Assembly: GCA_030704615.1 (NCBI GenBank)
Contig: CM060731.1
Span: forward strand, 8,990,001 to 9,054,000
Direction of reading: 5' to 3'
Source of the DNA: Takakia lepidozioides
Lineage: Eukaryota > Plantae > Bryophyta
DNA: 64,000 bases
Positions 11,971 through 25,167 of the stretch are shown piece by piece (the stretch's first letter is position 1; the number at the start of each line of letters is the position of its first letter). The notes under the pieces were generated by a model. The model searched no databases and was not told where the DNA came from. It saw only the letters and a list, made by a program, of their open reading frames with translations. The position numbers and the translations under genes are program-made.

Positions 11971-14699
11971 TAGAAGCTGGTTTTGATGCCAGGGGTCAGT
12001 GCATGTCGCTCAGCCCTGATGTATATAGCTATAAGTTTCATCTTCTTCTGTGGTCATTAGTAATTTTTTCATCTATTGTTCCTCCATCAGTTATTCTAAG
12101 ACCAAACCCACCAAGAGGGGATCAAACTCGGAATTTTGGCAAATCGTGGTCCTCCTACAAGGAAGAGCCTAATGAAGAATGGTAATAAGGGTTAATTGTT
12201 GACTCATTCAGAGGCTCAGAGCCCATCAAATGTTTTTATTACACAACATATTCCATGGGGGTCTGGATTTTACATTCACGGACAAGTGAAAACTCAAAAC
12301 CATGTGGACAATGCAAATGAAAGTATCAAGTAGACGTTAGTAATTCAAACAAGAAATATAATTCAACATGTGTGTAGTTCGGCATCAATTACATGCCACA
12401 TACAATTGCGTCCATACGTTAAAGTATTAAGGTGAAGATAAAGATTGTTTAACATCCAACCCGGTTGAATGAACACTTCCGCATACAATGCCCCATTAGG
12501 TATGTTCATCTCATTATATTTCTCGCAATTGCTTTATTTCTAATTTTTGCACCCGAACTTCTTTGGCTGATTGGACAGGTTTCTCCATTACTCTATTCTT
12601 ACTTTTTTCACACAGGTTGGGGTGGGGCTCTTTGTAGGTGGGTTCAGTTTTTTGAGGGGGTGGTTAAAAACAAATTGTTAGAATTTTCAGAGGACTTGAA
12701 CACCAGCAGTGAGATTGTGTGAAGTGTGAACGTGCTAGAAAACAGAGCAAGTCGAGAGGTACAAAGCAGCGAGAAAGACAGGCTACTGTACTGGAATGCT
12801 CTATGAATAGCCACAGGGCCCAAGAGACAGATGGGTGTGTTGTGGAACCGGGACCTTTCTGCCAGCTCCATGCAGCCTCTTTCTGAGCGTGCTCCATCAG
12901 CTCATATGGATTGTCAGTTCGTCATCGTGTCAAACTGCGATGTCATCATGTGCAGTCCCGAATGCGGGCCAAAAACATTTTGACCTAGTGTGCCAGCGAT
13001 GTGACATCCTGTGCGCCTCGTCCCAACCTTCCAAAAAGGAAAAGGGAAAGGAAACAAACTTGACAGGGCCCGATGGCTGATCATGCATGCAGGAAATTAA
13101 TCCAGGAGGAACAAAGTTGAAAGCACACCTCAGGAATGACGTAAGATGTCCACCAGTACGAAATGCGTCGTATCCGAAAGAAGCAAGCGATGGGTGTGCC
13201 CACCCCAGCATCTTGTGCGCCAGGTGCCACAGACGGAGAAGAGACGGCAGCGTGCACGCTTTTAGCCTTTCGATGGGAGAGCCCCACCGCTGGTACCACT
13301 TGGCGGCATTTGACTTTCATCTTCAGATTATCTCCCATGTTTTCAAAACTGACAGTGTGTGCACTTTCCCTACACTGTAGATCGACTCCTGATCCAACCA
13401 CATTTTCTTCAAATATTGTAAAGAATGTTGCAGCATGCAGACCTTGCCATCGTCCATTCCGGGTCTTCGGAATCCTTTGTTTGTAGTGAACCCGAACCAC
13501 TTCGACATCCATAGAAGGCATCCATAGAAACGCTGCTCACCATTTCTGCAAGCAGATGGTTTCTTGCAATTGGGTGGACACCCACACTCATATTCAACGT
13601 GGTGGGTGCCGGAAGGGTCTGATGCGCAACTGGTTCAGCAAACTCGTCCTTGGACATGCTACAAACACTAGCAGACCATATTATAAGGCACAAGCAGCAA
13701 GACGCAATACTTACCTTCTGCATGCCAGAGCTAAGGCTTCAAATGGCAAACTGCACTAAGAAAGCAGAAGGCTCATGAATTGCTCCGCAGAACAAGCTCA
13801 GCGCGGGCCTTGTAGAAAGCAGGCTACATACAGCTATGCTGCTGCAAACAGCTAGACACTCATTCCGGTAAAGCACGGAGTCAACCCAAACTCACATAGA
13901 ATGTACCAGCCTTCTTACCAAAGAATGCATGAACAATCACCAAGAGGATGAGCTGATGACATAATTACATGGAGACTGAAATTCTAAGTTTACCCAGGTA
14001 CTGAAATCAGAACTTTCTGCAATCCTAGTCTGAGAAGACATGAAAGAATACTCAAGCTTGCTGCATTGTCTCTACTTCAAATTCATCAACAAAATTGTGT
14101 CATGGTACAAGCCTGTGCTCAAGAGATAGTTACGTATGAAATGCAGAGGCTTATAGCAATGTTGGTTTGGCTATAGTTTGTGGCAAGAGTTGCCTGCATA
14201 CACAGGTCCCATGTGATTGCTGAAATTTTGTACCGTGACTATAGGGTACTTCAAGATGCCCACATGCTCTTTCAATTGAATAAGCTCTTAAGTAGTTAGG
14301 CTTGCTTTGGCCGAGTCCTCTCTCTTTCTATCTCCGACGTCCTGGCAGCATGTAGGAATAACCCTTATCCTGAAGGGGACCGTTACTCGCTCGACCTACT
14401 TTACTGGGGCATGCTAATGCAGCCGCACGGTCACTCTTCACACTCTCATGGATCGATTTCTTCAATTTTCGATCCTTTACCTTTTGAAGAATACAAAGAA
14501 AGAGATTAAAAGGCCCTTTCACAGCTTTAAACAAGTTGAAACGATGTGTACTGTTTATAACCACCTCAAAGGCAGTCAGGTTAAGAAAACAGTTGGGAGG
14601 AGGCAGGAGCTGCTACAAAATTGATTGTCCAATTATTAAGCTTGCAACCAATGTCTTTGTTACTAGGAATGGAAGCACTTAGGCACAAGTAGGCAATCT

Positions 14700-15060
14700 T
14701 GTCAATACCCTTACATTTTGAACGAGACCATGAAGGTCACAATATGAAACCTCATGGCGCAGCAACCATGATGCACAGGCCATGAACCCTCATGGCTCAA
14801 CCTCATGGCGCAGCGACCATGAAGATTAAGTCATGGCCCCTAGACCATGAAGCATGACGGAACCATGAGAGGGAATGCGCGACCATGACGGGGAATAGCT
14901 AGGAGCATGAGCGAGAACGCGACCATGACGGGAATGCGACCATGAGCGGGAACGACGGACCATGAAGGGGAAATCGAAATCGAACCATGATCATGGCAGT
15001 TAAGCAATGAACCAAGAACAGAAGAGTGCAAGCAAGAAAGGGGTCCATGGGATGGTTGCA
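14700..15060 (+). mobile_element. 5' LTR, piece 1 (CCATGA-rich), homologous to ~35090-35430
   Basis: Colinear similarity, e.g. ccatgagcgggaacgacggaccatgaagggga vs ccatgagcgggaatgacggaccatgaagggga; begins TG at 14700. Confidence 0.75.
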
Positions 15061-15064
15061 AGTG

Positions 15065-18000
15065 CACACCAGAAGGAAAATGTAGAATAACCACTCTATC
15101 AACCACTCATTTTGAGTGGTAAAGGACAAGTAACCACTCTGAGCCCTGCAGTGATAAAGAACCAATGGATTTCGTATCCCAGTGGTAAAAGACATAACGT
15201 GTCACCAATGCTTAAAAATAATGGTTACGGCTAGTGGTTACGGCCACTGGCCTCTCGGTCCACCTGTACGCTGAATGTGCCACAGTGGTAAACTAACCAC
15301 TTTTGAAATGTGGTGGACGTAGATCAATGCAGAGACATTGATGAAAATGCAGATTTTGATGGTAGGCACCCTCTATCTTATCATATCAGCCCATACCTAG
15401 GTTATTAGAGGTGCCACAGCTCTAAATAAAGAAGAGCTGGCTATGTTGGCTATCATTCAAGCGGTATTTGTGCAGCCAACCGCTATGAATGTTTACAGGA
15501 TGTGAACAAAGTCTATTTTGAGATGAATCAATAGAAAAAAAAGAAAATACCCTTGTGCTGAGAAGTAGAAGAGAAATGGAATTACTGTCTGGTCCGGAAG
15601 CAGGGGGTGGGGGTGAAAGTGTGATCTATAACCAGATTTTCTATAACCTCCACTGGACAGTGGAGGTTTATTAGAGACATGATGAAACAATCGGGCGGAT
15701 GAATACACATGGATGAATTATGGCTACGTGATTGATATGGAAATGACGGATGAATGTGAGCATTGACGCAACTTACCCACATCTGGAGGGATGGCGAAAT
15801 ACAGAAATTGGAGAGATGGACAAATACAGGGAATGGAGACTATTGGCCTGAAATTTCTATACGTGTAGGTGAGAAATATACGGTACGGGAGAAAATGCAG
15901 TTCCCACGAGAGATTATGGAAATTCAGAGAGGTACGAGACGATGACGACAGAGGTACAGGATGTTCAGAGAGGTGCACTATGGGCAGTGAGGTGGGAGAT
16001 GACCAGAGAGGTACGGGAAACACAATCTGCAAGTGAGAGGTATGGAGGTAGAAGTGTGCACAGTGTGCCTGGACCTGATATAGAGGGTGGAACCTAGCTT
16101 ACCCGCTGGCACCCCTCCAATGGGATAGGCGATACATTGTCTTGCGGATATTGCCGTGCCGTGATATCCGAGTATCGCCACAACGAACGGTTTGGCATGG
16201 CAGGAGTGATGCCAACTTTTGAGCGATTTCGGAATTGAGTGTCCATTACTAATAACACCCTATGATGCCAGAACGATAACGGATGATAACGGTGGTTTAA
16301 TGATTTCGTACTTGTTCTCATAAAGCAGTAGGTATTTCTCGTTCAATGTTGTCCTCGTGGATCGAAGCCTGACGCCGTGGATAAGCGTTTCATGAAATCT
16401 TGCAGCCATGACACCCTGTAGAGAATGCCGGCGAGACGTAAAGGAAGCTGTTTGTTGTAACTGGAGTGATAGAAGAATTATGCCAAGCCAGAAACCGCCG
16501 AATGTACACCTTGTTCAGGATCAATAATTCCAGCCGGCTAAACGCCACAGGTGGATCTGACTTGTACATTCCATTTATCGTCATGTGTGTGGTGTGGGAA
16601 ATATCCCGCAGGGTTATAATTACGGAGGAATGATCCTCTGCAAGGGATTATTAACGTCATATTTTTTCGTTCATTCATCCGTTTTTTTATTTCATCTAAT
16701 CATTCGTCAAATGAATGGATAAAATGGAAATGATGAATTGGATGATATTTGCATGGATGTTGATGGAACAGCGCGCGACCGTTCGATTTCAAAGGACGCG
16801 ATGGTTCAGAATCCTCTGCAACAGGCACCATATAAAGACGGTGCGCTCGTTCAGCCCACCCTTTCAGCACTCCATTGTGTACGAGGAAGCGCTGCGGAAG
16901 TGTGAAGAGAGACAAGCGCTTAGAAAGAGAGAGTTTTGAGGGGGGGAGAGCGCAGAGCGTGCAAGAGCAGAGAGCGTGATGTGCAGGGTGCCGTGAGAGT
17001 AGAAAGAAGAGAACGTGCAGTGTAGTGCAGTGTGAGAGTGCAATGGAGGGAAGCGGAGCAGACAACGGATTCAAGCGAAGACATGAGGCGGGAGGGAAGA
17101 AGAGCGAAGGGGAAAGCGGAGCGGTGGAAGCTTAAGGGTCAGGCGTTTCAGGTCAGCAACAAGGGCACCAAAATGGCTCAGGCATCTAGCTAGGAGTAAT
17201 CTACTTGTTTACTCGTTTCTCTCTGAGTTGATGTGTTCGTTTGCTCGCTCTGGCTTTGTTCTTTACTGGCTCGGCTCTTGCTGATTTTGTTATGCCCATA
17301 GTTTCTGTGCTCTATGATGTTTCAGTGGTCATCTGATTTGTTGATCATTGTTTTTTTTGTTTTGTTGTTGCTTTTGTTTTACTGTTTGTTGGTCAGCATC
17401 GCCCACGTCGCTGTTGGTTGCTTCTGTTTTCTCATTCGCTTTCATTCCAGAGGTTATAAAGCACCATTTGTTTCTCGCATGTCACGTTTCGTGAGTATCA
17501 TGTCTTGTTTGATACGAAGCATCTCATTTAAATTCATTGGTTCCCTTACTGCAAGCTGTTTCAATTAGTTGATTGATAAAGTTGTTTAGTGTTCAATCAT
17601 TGATGTTTCTTGTTTCATTCATTGATGTTTCGTCGCATTCCGGTTCATGTAATCTGCAGGTGTGGTTGTATGGTGGTTTGAAGGGTGGTGGTAGCCCGGG
17701 CAGGTTGGTGGTGTTGGTTTACTGGATGTTTGGTGCTGCTAAATTATTAGGGTTATGGATTAGGCTTACGACGGGTTAGGATCATGGTTTTGTGCGATTG
17801 GTTTTTCGAATTTCTGATATTTGAAAACGGGTTTTTCTTCGGGCCTAGGCTACTCTAGTAGCCTAGTCTCCGTAGACATCTAGACCTCTAGTAGATCTCC
17901 ATGACGTCCAGCAGGACAAATCACACGAACCTCGCCTGCCTAGTGGAGGTTCATGCGTGTTCCTATGCACAACATAAGGATGTATTGAGATAGACTTATG

Positions 18001-21000
18001 TCGCTGCCTCCCCTGCATTGATTTTCTGTTCTGTCAGTATAAAAAGAAGGTGCGTAGGAGTGCACACGGTGGCCGAAGATGGTTCCATTACTGGTTGTGT
18101 CGAAAACAAAAATCTCCAAGAAGAGATCTGAAACTCAAATTTCAGATGTGGGCTTTGACGTGCGAACCTTGATAAATCCGGGCACTGACGCATCAATATA
18201 CGAGGGAGTTAGTCGACGGGAGACAACGGATGAAACCGAGGAAGAAAAAGATGAAAGTGTTGACTGCAATCTTCAGTCTGATTCAGACGATCACATTTAT
18301 GTAGGATATACTGAATAGTCCCTTGGATCCGTCCTTCCGTCCTCTCCCGGATACAGTCCTAACTCTCCGCAGTATCCAGTATCTGTCCTCATAGTTTTTA
18401 TTTGGTGGTCTGACTTTTTATCCTCTCTCATGTTTTCTTCGGATCTATTTTCTCCCATGAGAACCAGGCGTTTCCCAAAGTCGTTATATAACGTCATTTT
18501 CTTTCCAAATCTCATAGGGTGTACTTTCAGCTTTTTTTTTTTGGCTATTTAGGATTTTGGATTAACACACATTTTTTTATACCTTGTTTATTACTCCTAA
18601 ACCCTTACCATTTTTTGCAAATGGCCCATGAACTATTCATACCATAACCATAGCCATAGCCATAACCATAACCATTATGGTTATTGAAATGTCTTCTCCC
18701 TTCACTTTTACGCTAGGTTTTTCTTTTGTTTTGGATTGACATGCACTTAGGCAGGTTATAGTTTGCTTTCTATGTTACATCTTAATACCAGGTTCCAAGG
18801 ACGAGTCTTGCATTTAAATACTTGTCCATAATATTAGGTTCTTCATATTTATTTTATTTACTACCCTACTAACAACACTGACTTCTAGCGACTGGAGTCT
18901 TCCATAAGTGTTTGTCTATTTTGTAACTCAAACAAAAACCCTAAACCCCTACCCTAAACCCTTACTATAAAACCCTAAACATTTACCCTTAACCCAATAC
19001 CCCAGAACCCTTACTATAAAACCCTAAACATTTACCCTTAACCCAATACCCCAGAACCCTTACCTTTCCTTTTGCAAATGGGAATCAACTATCCATACCA
19101 TAACCATAATCATTATGGTTATCCAAATCTCTTCAATGTATCCAAATTTTCATTTTGTACCCTAACAAACACTAAGTTGTAGCGAGTGCGAGTCTTCCGG
19201 CATGTATGTTCACCATTTGTGTCTTCAACCCAAACCCTAACCCTCGTCGAAAACCCTAAACAAAACCCTAAGCCATTATTACGTCTAAACCCTTACCCTT
19301 CCCCTGCAAATGGGAATGAAGTATCCATATCATAACCATAACTATTACGGTCTTCGCCCTTCACTTTGCGCTAGGGTTTGCCTTTGGTTTGGATTGACAT
19401 GCACTTACCTTTTTTTTATCGAACTTTGCTTTCTAGATATGTATCTTAATACCACGTTCCAAGGACGAGTCTTTCATTGAAATACTTGTCCGATGCAATG
19501 ACTACACTTCCATAATATTTGGTTCTTCATTTTTATTTTGCTTACTACCCTACTAACAATATTAAGTTGTAGCGACTGGAGTCTCCCATAGGTGCTTGTC
19601 TACTTTGTACCTTAAACAAAAATCCTAAACCCCTACCCTAAACCCTTATTATAAAACCCTAAACATTTACCATTAACCCATTACCCCAGAACCCTTACCC
19701 TTCCCTTTGCAAATAGGAATCAACTATCTATACCATAACCATAACCATTATGGTTATCCAAATCTCTTCAATGTATCCAAATTTTCATTTTGCACCCTAC
19801 TAACACACACTAAGTTGTAGCGAGTGCGAGTCTTCCGGCATGTATGTTCACAATTTGTGCCTTCAACCCAAACCCTAAACCCTCGTCGAAAACCCTAAGC
19901 AAAACCCTACACCATTATTACGTCTAAACCCTTACCCTTCCCCTGCAAATTACCATAACCATAATCATTATGGTTATGTACCCTTATGGTTATGGTTATG
20001 GTTATGAAAGTACCCGTACCCCTACAATTACCCTTACAAATGAGAATCAACTATCCATACCATAACCATAACCATTATGGTTATCCAAATCCCTTCGTTA
20101 TCCAATTGTTCATTTTGTACCCTTCTAACCCACACTAAGTATAGAGCGAGTGCGAGTCTTCAATGTTTGTTCACCATTTGTATCTTAAACCCAAACCCTA
20201 AACCCTTTTCTTAATCCCTCACCTTACACCCTAAACCTTTGTCGTTAAGCCATTATTACGTCTAAACCAATACCCTTCCCATACAAATGGAAATGAACTA
20301 TCCATACCATAACCTTAACCATTATGGTTATCCAAATGTCTTTCACTCCATTTTTGCGCTAGTTTTCTCCTTTGTTATGGTTTGACATGTACTTACCTTT
20401 GCATAGTGTGCTTTTTATGTATCTTAATACCAGGTTCCAAGGACGAATCTTCAATTTAAATACTTGTCCGGCCCAATGACTCTTCCATAATATTTGTTTC
20501 TCAATTTTTATTTTTATTTTTTATCCTACTAACACACACCAAGTTCTAGTGAGTGTGAGTCTTCCATATTTGTTTGTCCATTTGTACCGAAAACCCTACC
20601 TTTACCATCAGCCCTAAACCATTAATCTTACCATAAACCAAAAACTTTAGTGTACTACCCTAGTTACACTCCAAACTTTATTGTACTACCATGTTATCTA
20701 GTCTTCTCAATGTTTTATGCTCTTTTAATATTTTCTTTTGTTGGATAAGGTATGATAGAATGATTACATGGATATCAAATTCCTCAACTATTTCTTAATT
20801 AATTCTACCGAGTGTGAGTCCATCATATTTGTTTGTTCCTTTGTACCCTAAATTCAAACCCTAAACCCTTACCTTTACTGTAAACCCAAACGTTATTGCA
20901 TTTCTCTCTAGTTACACCCCAAACCTTATTGTACTACCCTAGTACCTCTTCCCAATGTTTCATGCTATTTTAATATACATCCAAAACATGATTCATTCCA

Positions 21001-22293
21001 ATGGCGTGATATGTGAACATTATGCTTGATATGAAGATTCAATCAATAAAATTACTAGCAAGTTGTATCGAGTATGGTAGAGTACGAGTCTGCCCCATGT
21101 TCGATGCGACCCATTTGTTTATCGTGATTACATAATAGAATATTACATTATTCGACTTCCAAGTGGACGTTCAATGAATTATTCAGTACTACTACTTCAC
21201 AAGCACTTCAATGTCAAATGGATCTCTATTTTGAAACAAGTATGACATCACCTGTAATTTCACAAAGTTCAATCACACATTACACCATGATATATATTAT
21301 TAATTAATTTTAATTCAAATATATATTAATTTTAGTCCAGATATAAGCCAAAAGTCCAGAATTAATAAAATAGTGTTTATACAATATTACACGTTACTAA
21401 GTGGTTGGGGGTATTTGCAGGATTGGGTGTCTTAGTTTTTGCGTAACATGGCAGTTTCTGCAGTGACCTCCCTTCATGGTTCGTCTATCCATATTTGTCC
21501 AACAACTCAATATTTCATCTAAATTTATATGGTATGGGTTTCTAACTACAATAGGTATGTGTACCAATTGTTAGATAGCAAAAACAATTATGTACCAAAG
21601 AGCCATGGACTTTTAAAGTTGATTAATGTGGAGTGCACATAAAATCTTATGGACGGAGAAAACCTCATGTACACTCATACAATGGCACAAAGGAAAACAC
21701 ACTAGAAGTTAGGAGTGCCAATTTTAAATCCAACCCAAACCCACTTTTATATGGACTAGTTATCTTGGGAATTGAGAGCTATGGACTATTTTGCACCTAA
21801 AAACATGTTGATTTGCTCTAGTCCATAGCATCTTATGTTTTGGGTTTTTGAGGTGTCGTCTTTTACTAAAAAGGCATATAAACCTATAATCTAGAGGTGC
21901 CAGGTGGTATATGGACAAGTGGATGTAAACTCTAGATTTTGACGTCTAAATATTTTTTCAAATTAAAGATTAAAATATCTAGTAAATAATGTTTTCAATA
22001 TTTGAGGAGGGACTCTTTACTAAAAATGTTATGTATACTACTATCTTTTTTTTTATAAAATAAATTGAAAGCAATAGACTCAAAAATAATAATTTCCATG
22101 GACTTCCAATGGACTCAACATGTGCCGCTTTTGATCCACCCAATCCTGCAACTGCCCTTGGAACCACTTCCAACCATTTCATCTGATACCACCGTGACAT
22201 TTCATCGGGATTAACCACTTTTCAGTGGTTACCATTATTGATGAGTGGTTTATAGAGCGGTAAAAGATAGGAGGGATTAAAAGGGCAGTGGTA
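15065..22293. mobile_element. Segment with clusters of ACCACT/AGTGGT subterminal repeats at both ends (CACTA-like architecture, no clear terminal TIR)
   Basis: accactctatcaaccactcat (15090) vs atgagtggtttatagagcggt (22241-22261, inverted); many aaccact/agtggt motifs at 15088-15300 and 22212-22292. Confidence 0.45.
18560..21100. repeat. AT-rich higher-order tandem repeat (~300-bp subunits, ~660-bp dimer) with AAACCCT telomere-like and CCATAA runs
   Basis: Recurring gcga(c/g)tg(c)gagtct at ~18888, 19182, 19572, 19821, 20146, 20549, 20809; ccaaggacga at ~18795, 19459, 20436; exact 49-bp tandem duplication at 18957-19063; no long ORFs. Confidence 0.85.
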
Positions 22294-22306
22294 ATTAAAC
22301 AGGTGA

Positions 22307-23881
22307 TTGTCAAGTCTCTACGGGAACCGAGGAGTGAAGATGCCACGCCTTCGGACGCTACAGGCAGAAAGTAACATAATGTCCATTATCAACGGAAATA
22401 CTGACCTCATGCCCCATAAGACAAGGTGCATTGGGGAGGGAAGGAGGGATACTTTGAGAGTCTTACCACCTGAAATGAACTGGAAGCGAATACGATAAGA
22501 GTCCAACGAGGTAAGAAAACTCTCTCCTTCAAATTTCTTCCTGGAAGTTTTTTGTGATATCAATGTGAATGGTTCCCTGAGAATGCGTCTCTTTTCCACT
22601 GTTGTTCTAGTTTCATGAACCTTGACTGCCCAGTGGACGTTCATTTTCTGAACCTTCATGATTGTTTCAGACGAACAGACTTTTCAGGTTGAAAGGAGTC
22701 TCGTAGTCGGCTGTTAGCCGCATCCGGAGTCTGATATTTCCTAACGTTGAGGTTCGAAAAACTGGGAGCACATTTGCGAAGTGTACGGAGTGCGAGATAT
22801 TAAAGGACATGATCAAAAAGTCGGTCAAGAGAAGTGCGGAACATATTACATACAAACGAACGCTTGATAAACATTGAGGCACCAAGAGTCGTGTAGAAGA
22901 CTATACCATAGCTGGAGGAATGAGTCTGTTATGATTCCGGAGGAGTTTCTCTGTATTATTCACGACAAAATGGATCATAGGGAAACAGCTATTCCAAGGC
23001 TCCAGACTCCAAACAAGATGATTTCAGGATTGGGTCAGCTGCCAGTTTCACTAACTGGAATGGTCACGCACGGACACGATGATGGAGCTTACGGTCAGTT
23101 CTCTCTTGAGTTCTGGAAGGGAAATTCAAACTTTACAATTGGGTCCTTGGCACGTTGCCTACACCAGCTGGAGAAGCCAACCTGTCGCGAGTCCAGGAAC
23201 ATTTTCGATTATGGACTTCAAAACGAGTTTTTCGAATCACTCTTAAGAGGTAAATCGAGATGTTTGGATGCTCTTAAACCCTACAGGCCGGAAGACAAAC
23301 AAGGTGCTCGTCCACTTCCAAGAAGACTCTATTTGCAAATGGACAACTCCGCGAAGGACAATGGGAACATATGGATGCTTGCTTTTCTATCCCTCCTGAC
23401 CGCCAAAGATGTTTTTGAAGAGATCCAGCTAGGGTTTCTAATGGTCGGACACACCCATGAGGACATCGACGACATCTTCAGCTACATCTCAAAGAAGCTA
23501 AAGGAACGAAGCACCTACATTCTTTGGGATTTGATGAGGTCATTCATGACTTCGCAAGATCTGCAGTTCATTCCACAGATTATTCAGGAGGTTCTCGATT
23601 TCAAGAATTTTGTAAAGGACTGTATTCTGGATGGAAAAGAGGCGTTGGTCGGGATTTCGGAGATGCATGTGTTCCGATTTTTTAAGGATGCGGAGGGTTG
23701 GCCCGTCATGAAGTACAAGAAGTCAGCTACTAATTTGGATTGGCTTCCAACAAACAATAGCGTCAAGATGTGGAAGTCAAATCCTGACAGGACTCGCAAG
23801 CTCCCTGAAGGAGACCTAGACGCCATTCCGAGAAGACCGATCTGGGGAGTCGGGGACGAGAGAAGCATGGATCTCGGCTAA
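22307..23881 (+). pseudogene. DDD-type (Sola1-like) transposase, C-terminal/catalytic half
   Basis: YGNRG..DLMPH; intron 22511-22670; FAKCTEC; LCIIHDKMD (D1), LYLQMDNSAKDN (D2), FLMVGHTHEDIDDIFS (D3); in-frame stops and a frameshift near 22873. Confidence 0.8.
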
Positions 23882-24436
23882 GTAGTGCGGGGGGGCCATG
23901 TATTCAGTAGAGAGTGGTGGCATCATGGAGTGGGTGGAGACCAAGAAAATGAGATAACCCAACAGACTTTGAAAAGTACAGAGACTGTTGGTCAAAACTT
24001 TGGGAGTATAACTTGTCAGATATTGCTCAATGGATCCACGTGAACAATGTTGTGTGGACCATGCCGCCACGAAAAAATACGACAAGGAATAGCACTAAGA
24101 GAATTACAGCCACGGAAGTAGTGAAGGTGCGTGCGAATTTGGAGGAGGCCAATCGTCAGTCAGAAAGTGAGTCTTTCGAACGAGTTGCAGTCTAAGGACA
24201 AAATGTTGAGGACAACTCCGGTACTACGATTTAAGAAATAAATTTTTCTTCTCTAGATGTCCCTTCTTGTTTGCGTTGGGGGCTCTTTTTTGTTATCTTC
24301 TACTGTTGCACTGAACCTCGAGTGTCCAGTGGACATTCTCGACCTTTGTTTCTAGTGTGCCGGATTCTGGCCTGCTGTACTTCCTGTTCAACGATGAAAA
24401 ACCCTGTGGGGGAGTCTGGCCTACATAACATAAGAA

Positions 24437-24580
24437 ATTTCTCCAAAATATGTCACCGCTGATTCTCCCGAATACGTCCCTGCAGATTCTCCCGAGTACG
24501 TCCCTGCAGATTCTCCCGAGTACGTCCCTGAAGATTCTTCAGAATACATCTCTGGAGATTCTCCCACATATACCTCTAGA
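24437..24580 (+). repeat. 6 x 24-bp tandem repeat encoding (DSPEYVPA)n-like peptide
   Basis: gattctcccga(a/g)tacgtccctg(c/a)a units at 24461, 24485, 24509; degenerate units at 24437, 24533, 24557. Confidence 0.9.
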
Positions 24581-25167
24581 GAGTACTCCCCGAAAACCCT
24601 CAGGATGATTCGAGAGAGCCTCCTCTAGTTATTGTAGATATAAGGGATGAACCTCAATTTACAAGAATATATCGAATTCGTGTAGGTATTATGTATTAGG
24701 TATTTGAACAATTTTGAGACCGGATGATGTATGGAATGGCGAGACGAGCCTTATCTGAATAAATGTTTTTTTCTTCTTATGAGTGAACTGTTTTTTTCCT
24801 CCTGAATAGAATTCTTTTATCTGTCAGCTATGAGAGTGTGTAGTGGTGAACCTCCACTGGACAGTGGAGGTTAATGTCTTAGGAGTCTTGGATGATTGTT
24901 ATGGATATGTGTCTGACGTCCGAGGTGGTTTGTTCTGTCGACAACAACATTACCCCCCGAGATTGTCTTGTTGGAATGTGCAAACCTGAGTGTGGTTCAT
25001 TTGTTTCTTGAAAATCTCCGAATTTCAAGAATGATCACCTGGCAATTTTTGAGCTCAACCTGGAAATCACAGAATGGGGCATCGTCCCCGTTGGAACACC
25101 TCCGGACCATAAGTTCCGGTTCCACTACAAGGTTGGTGCAAAGGTCGCCAAGCTCAAATATGCAGAT

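Noticed and set aside
12900-13760. Several overlapping 90-146 aa ORFs and splice-like sites
   Set aside because: No recognisable domain or consistent gene model
18560-21100. True telomere or interstitial telomeric array
   Set aside because: AAACCCT units are isolated or degenerate within larger repeat units, not long perfect runs
24437-24580. CRISPR-like array (also considered for 5128-5290)
   Set aside because: Head-to-tail repeats without unique spacers, eukaryotic context, no cas genes
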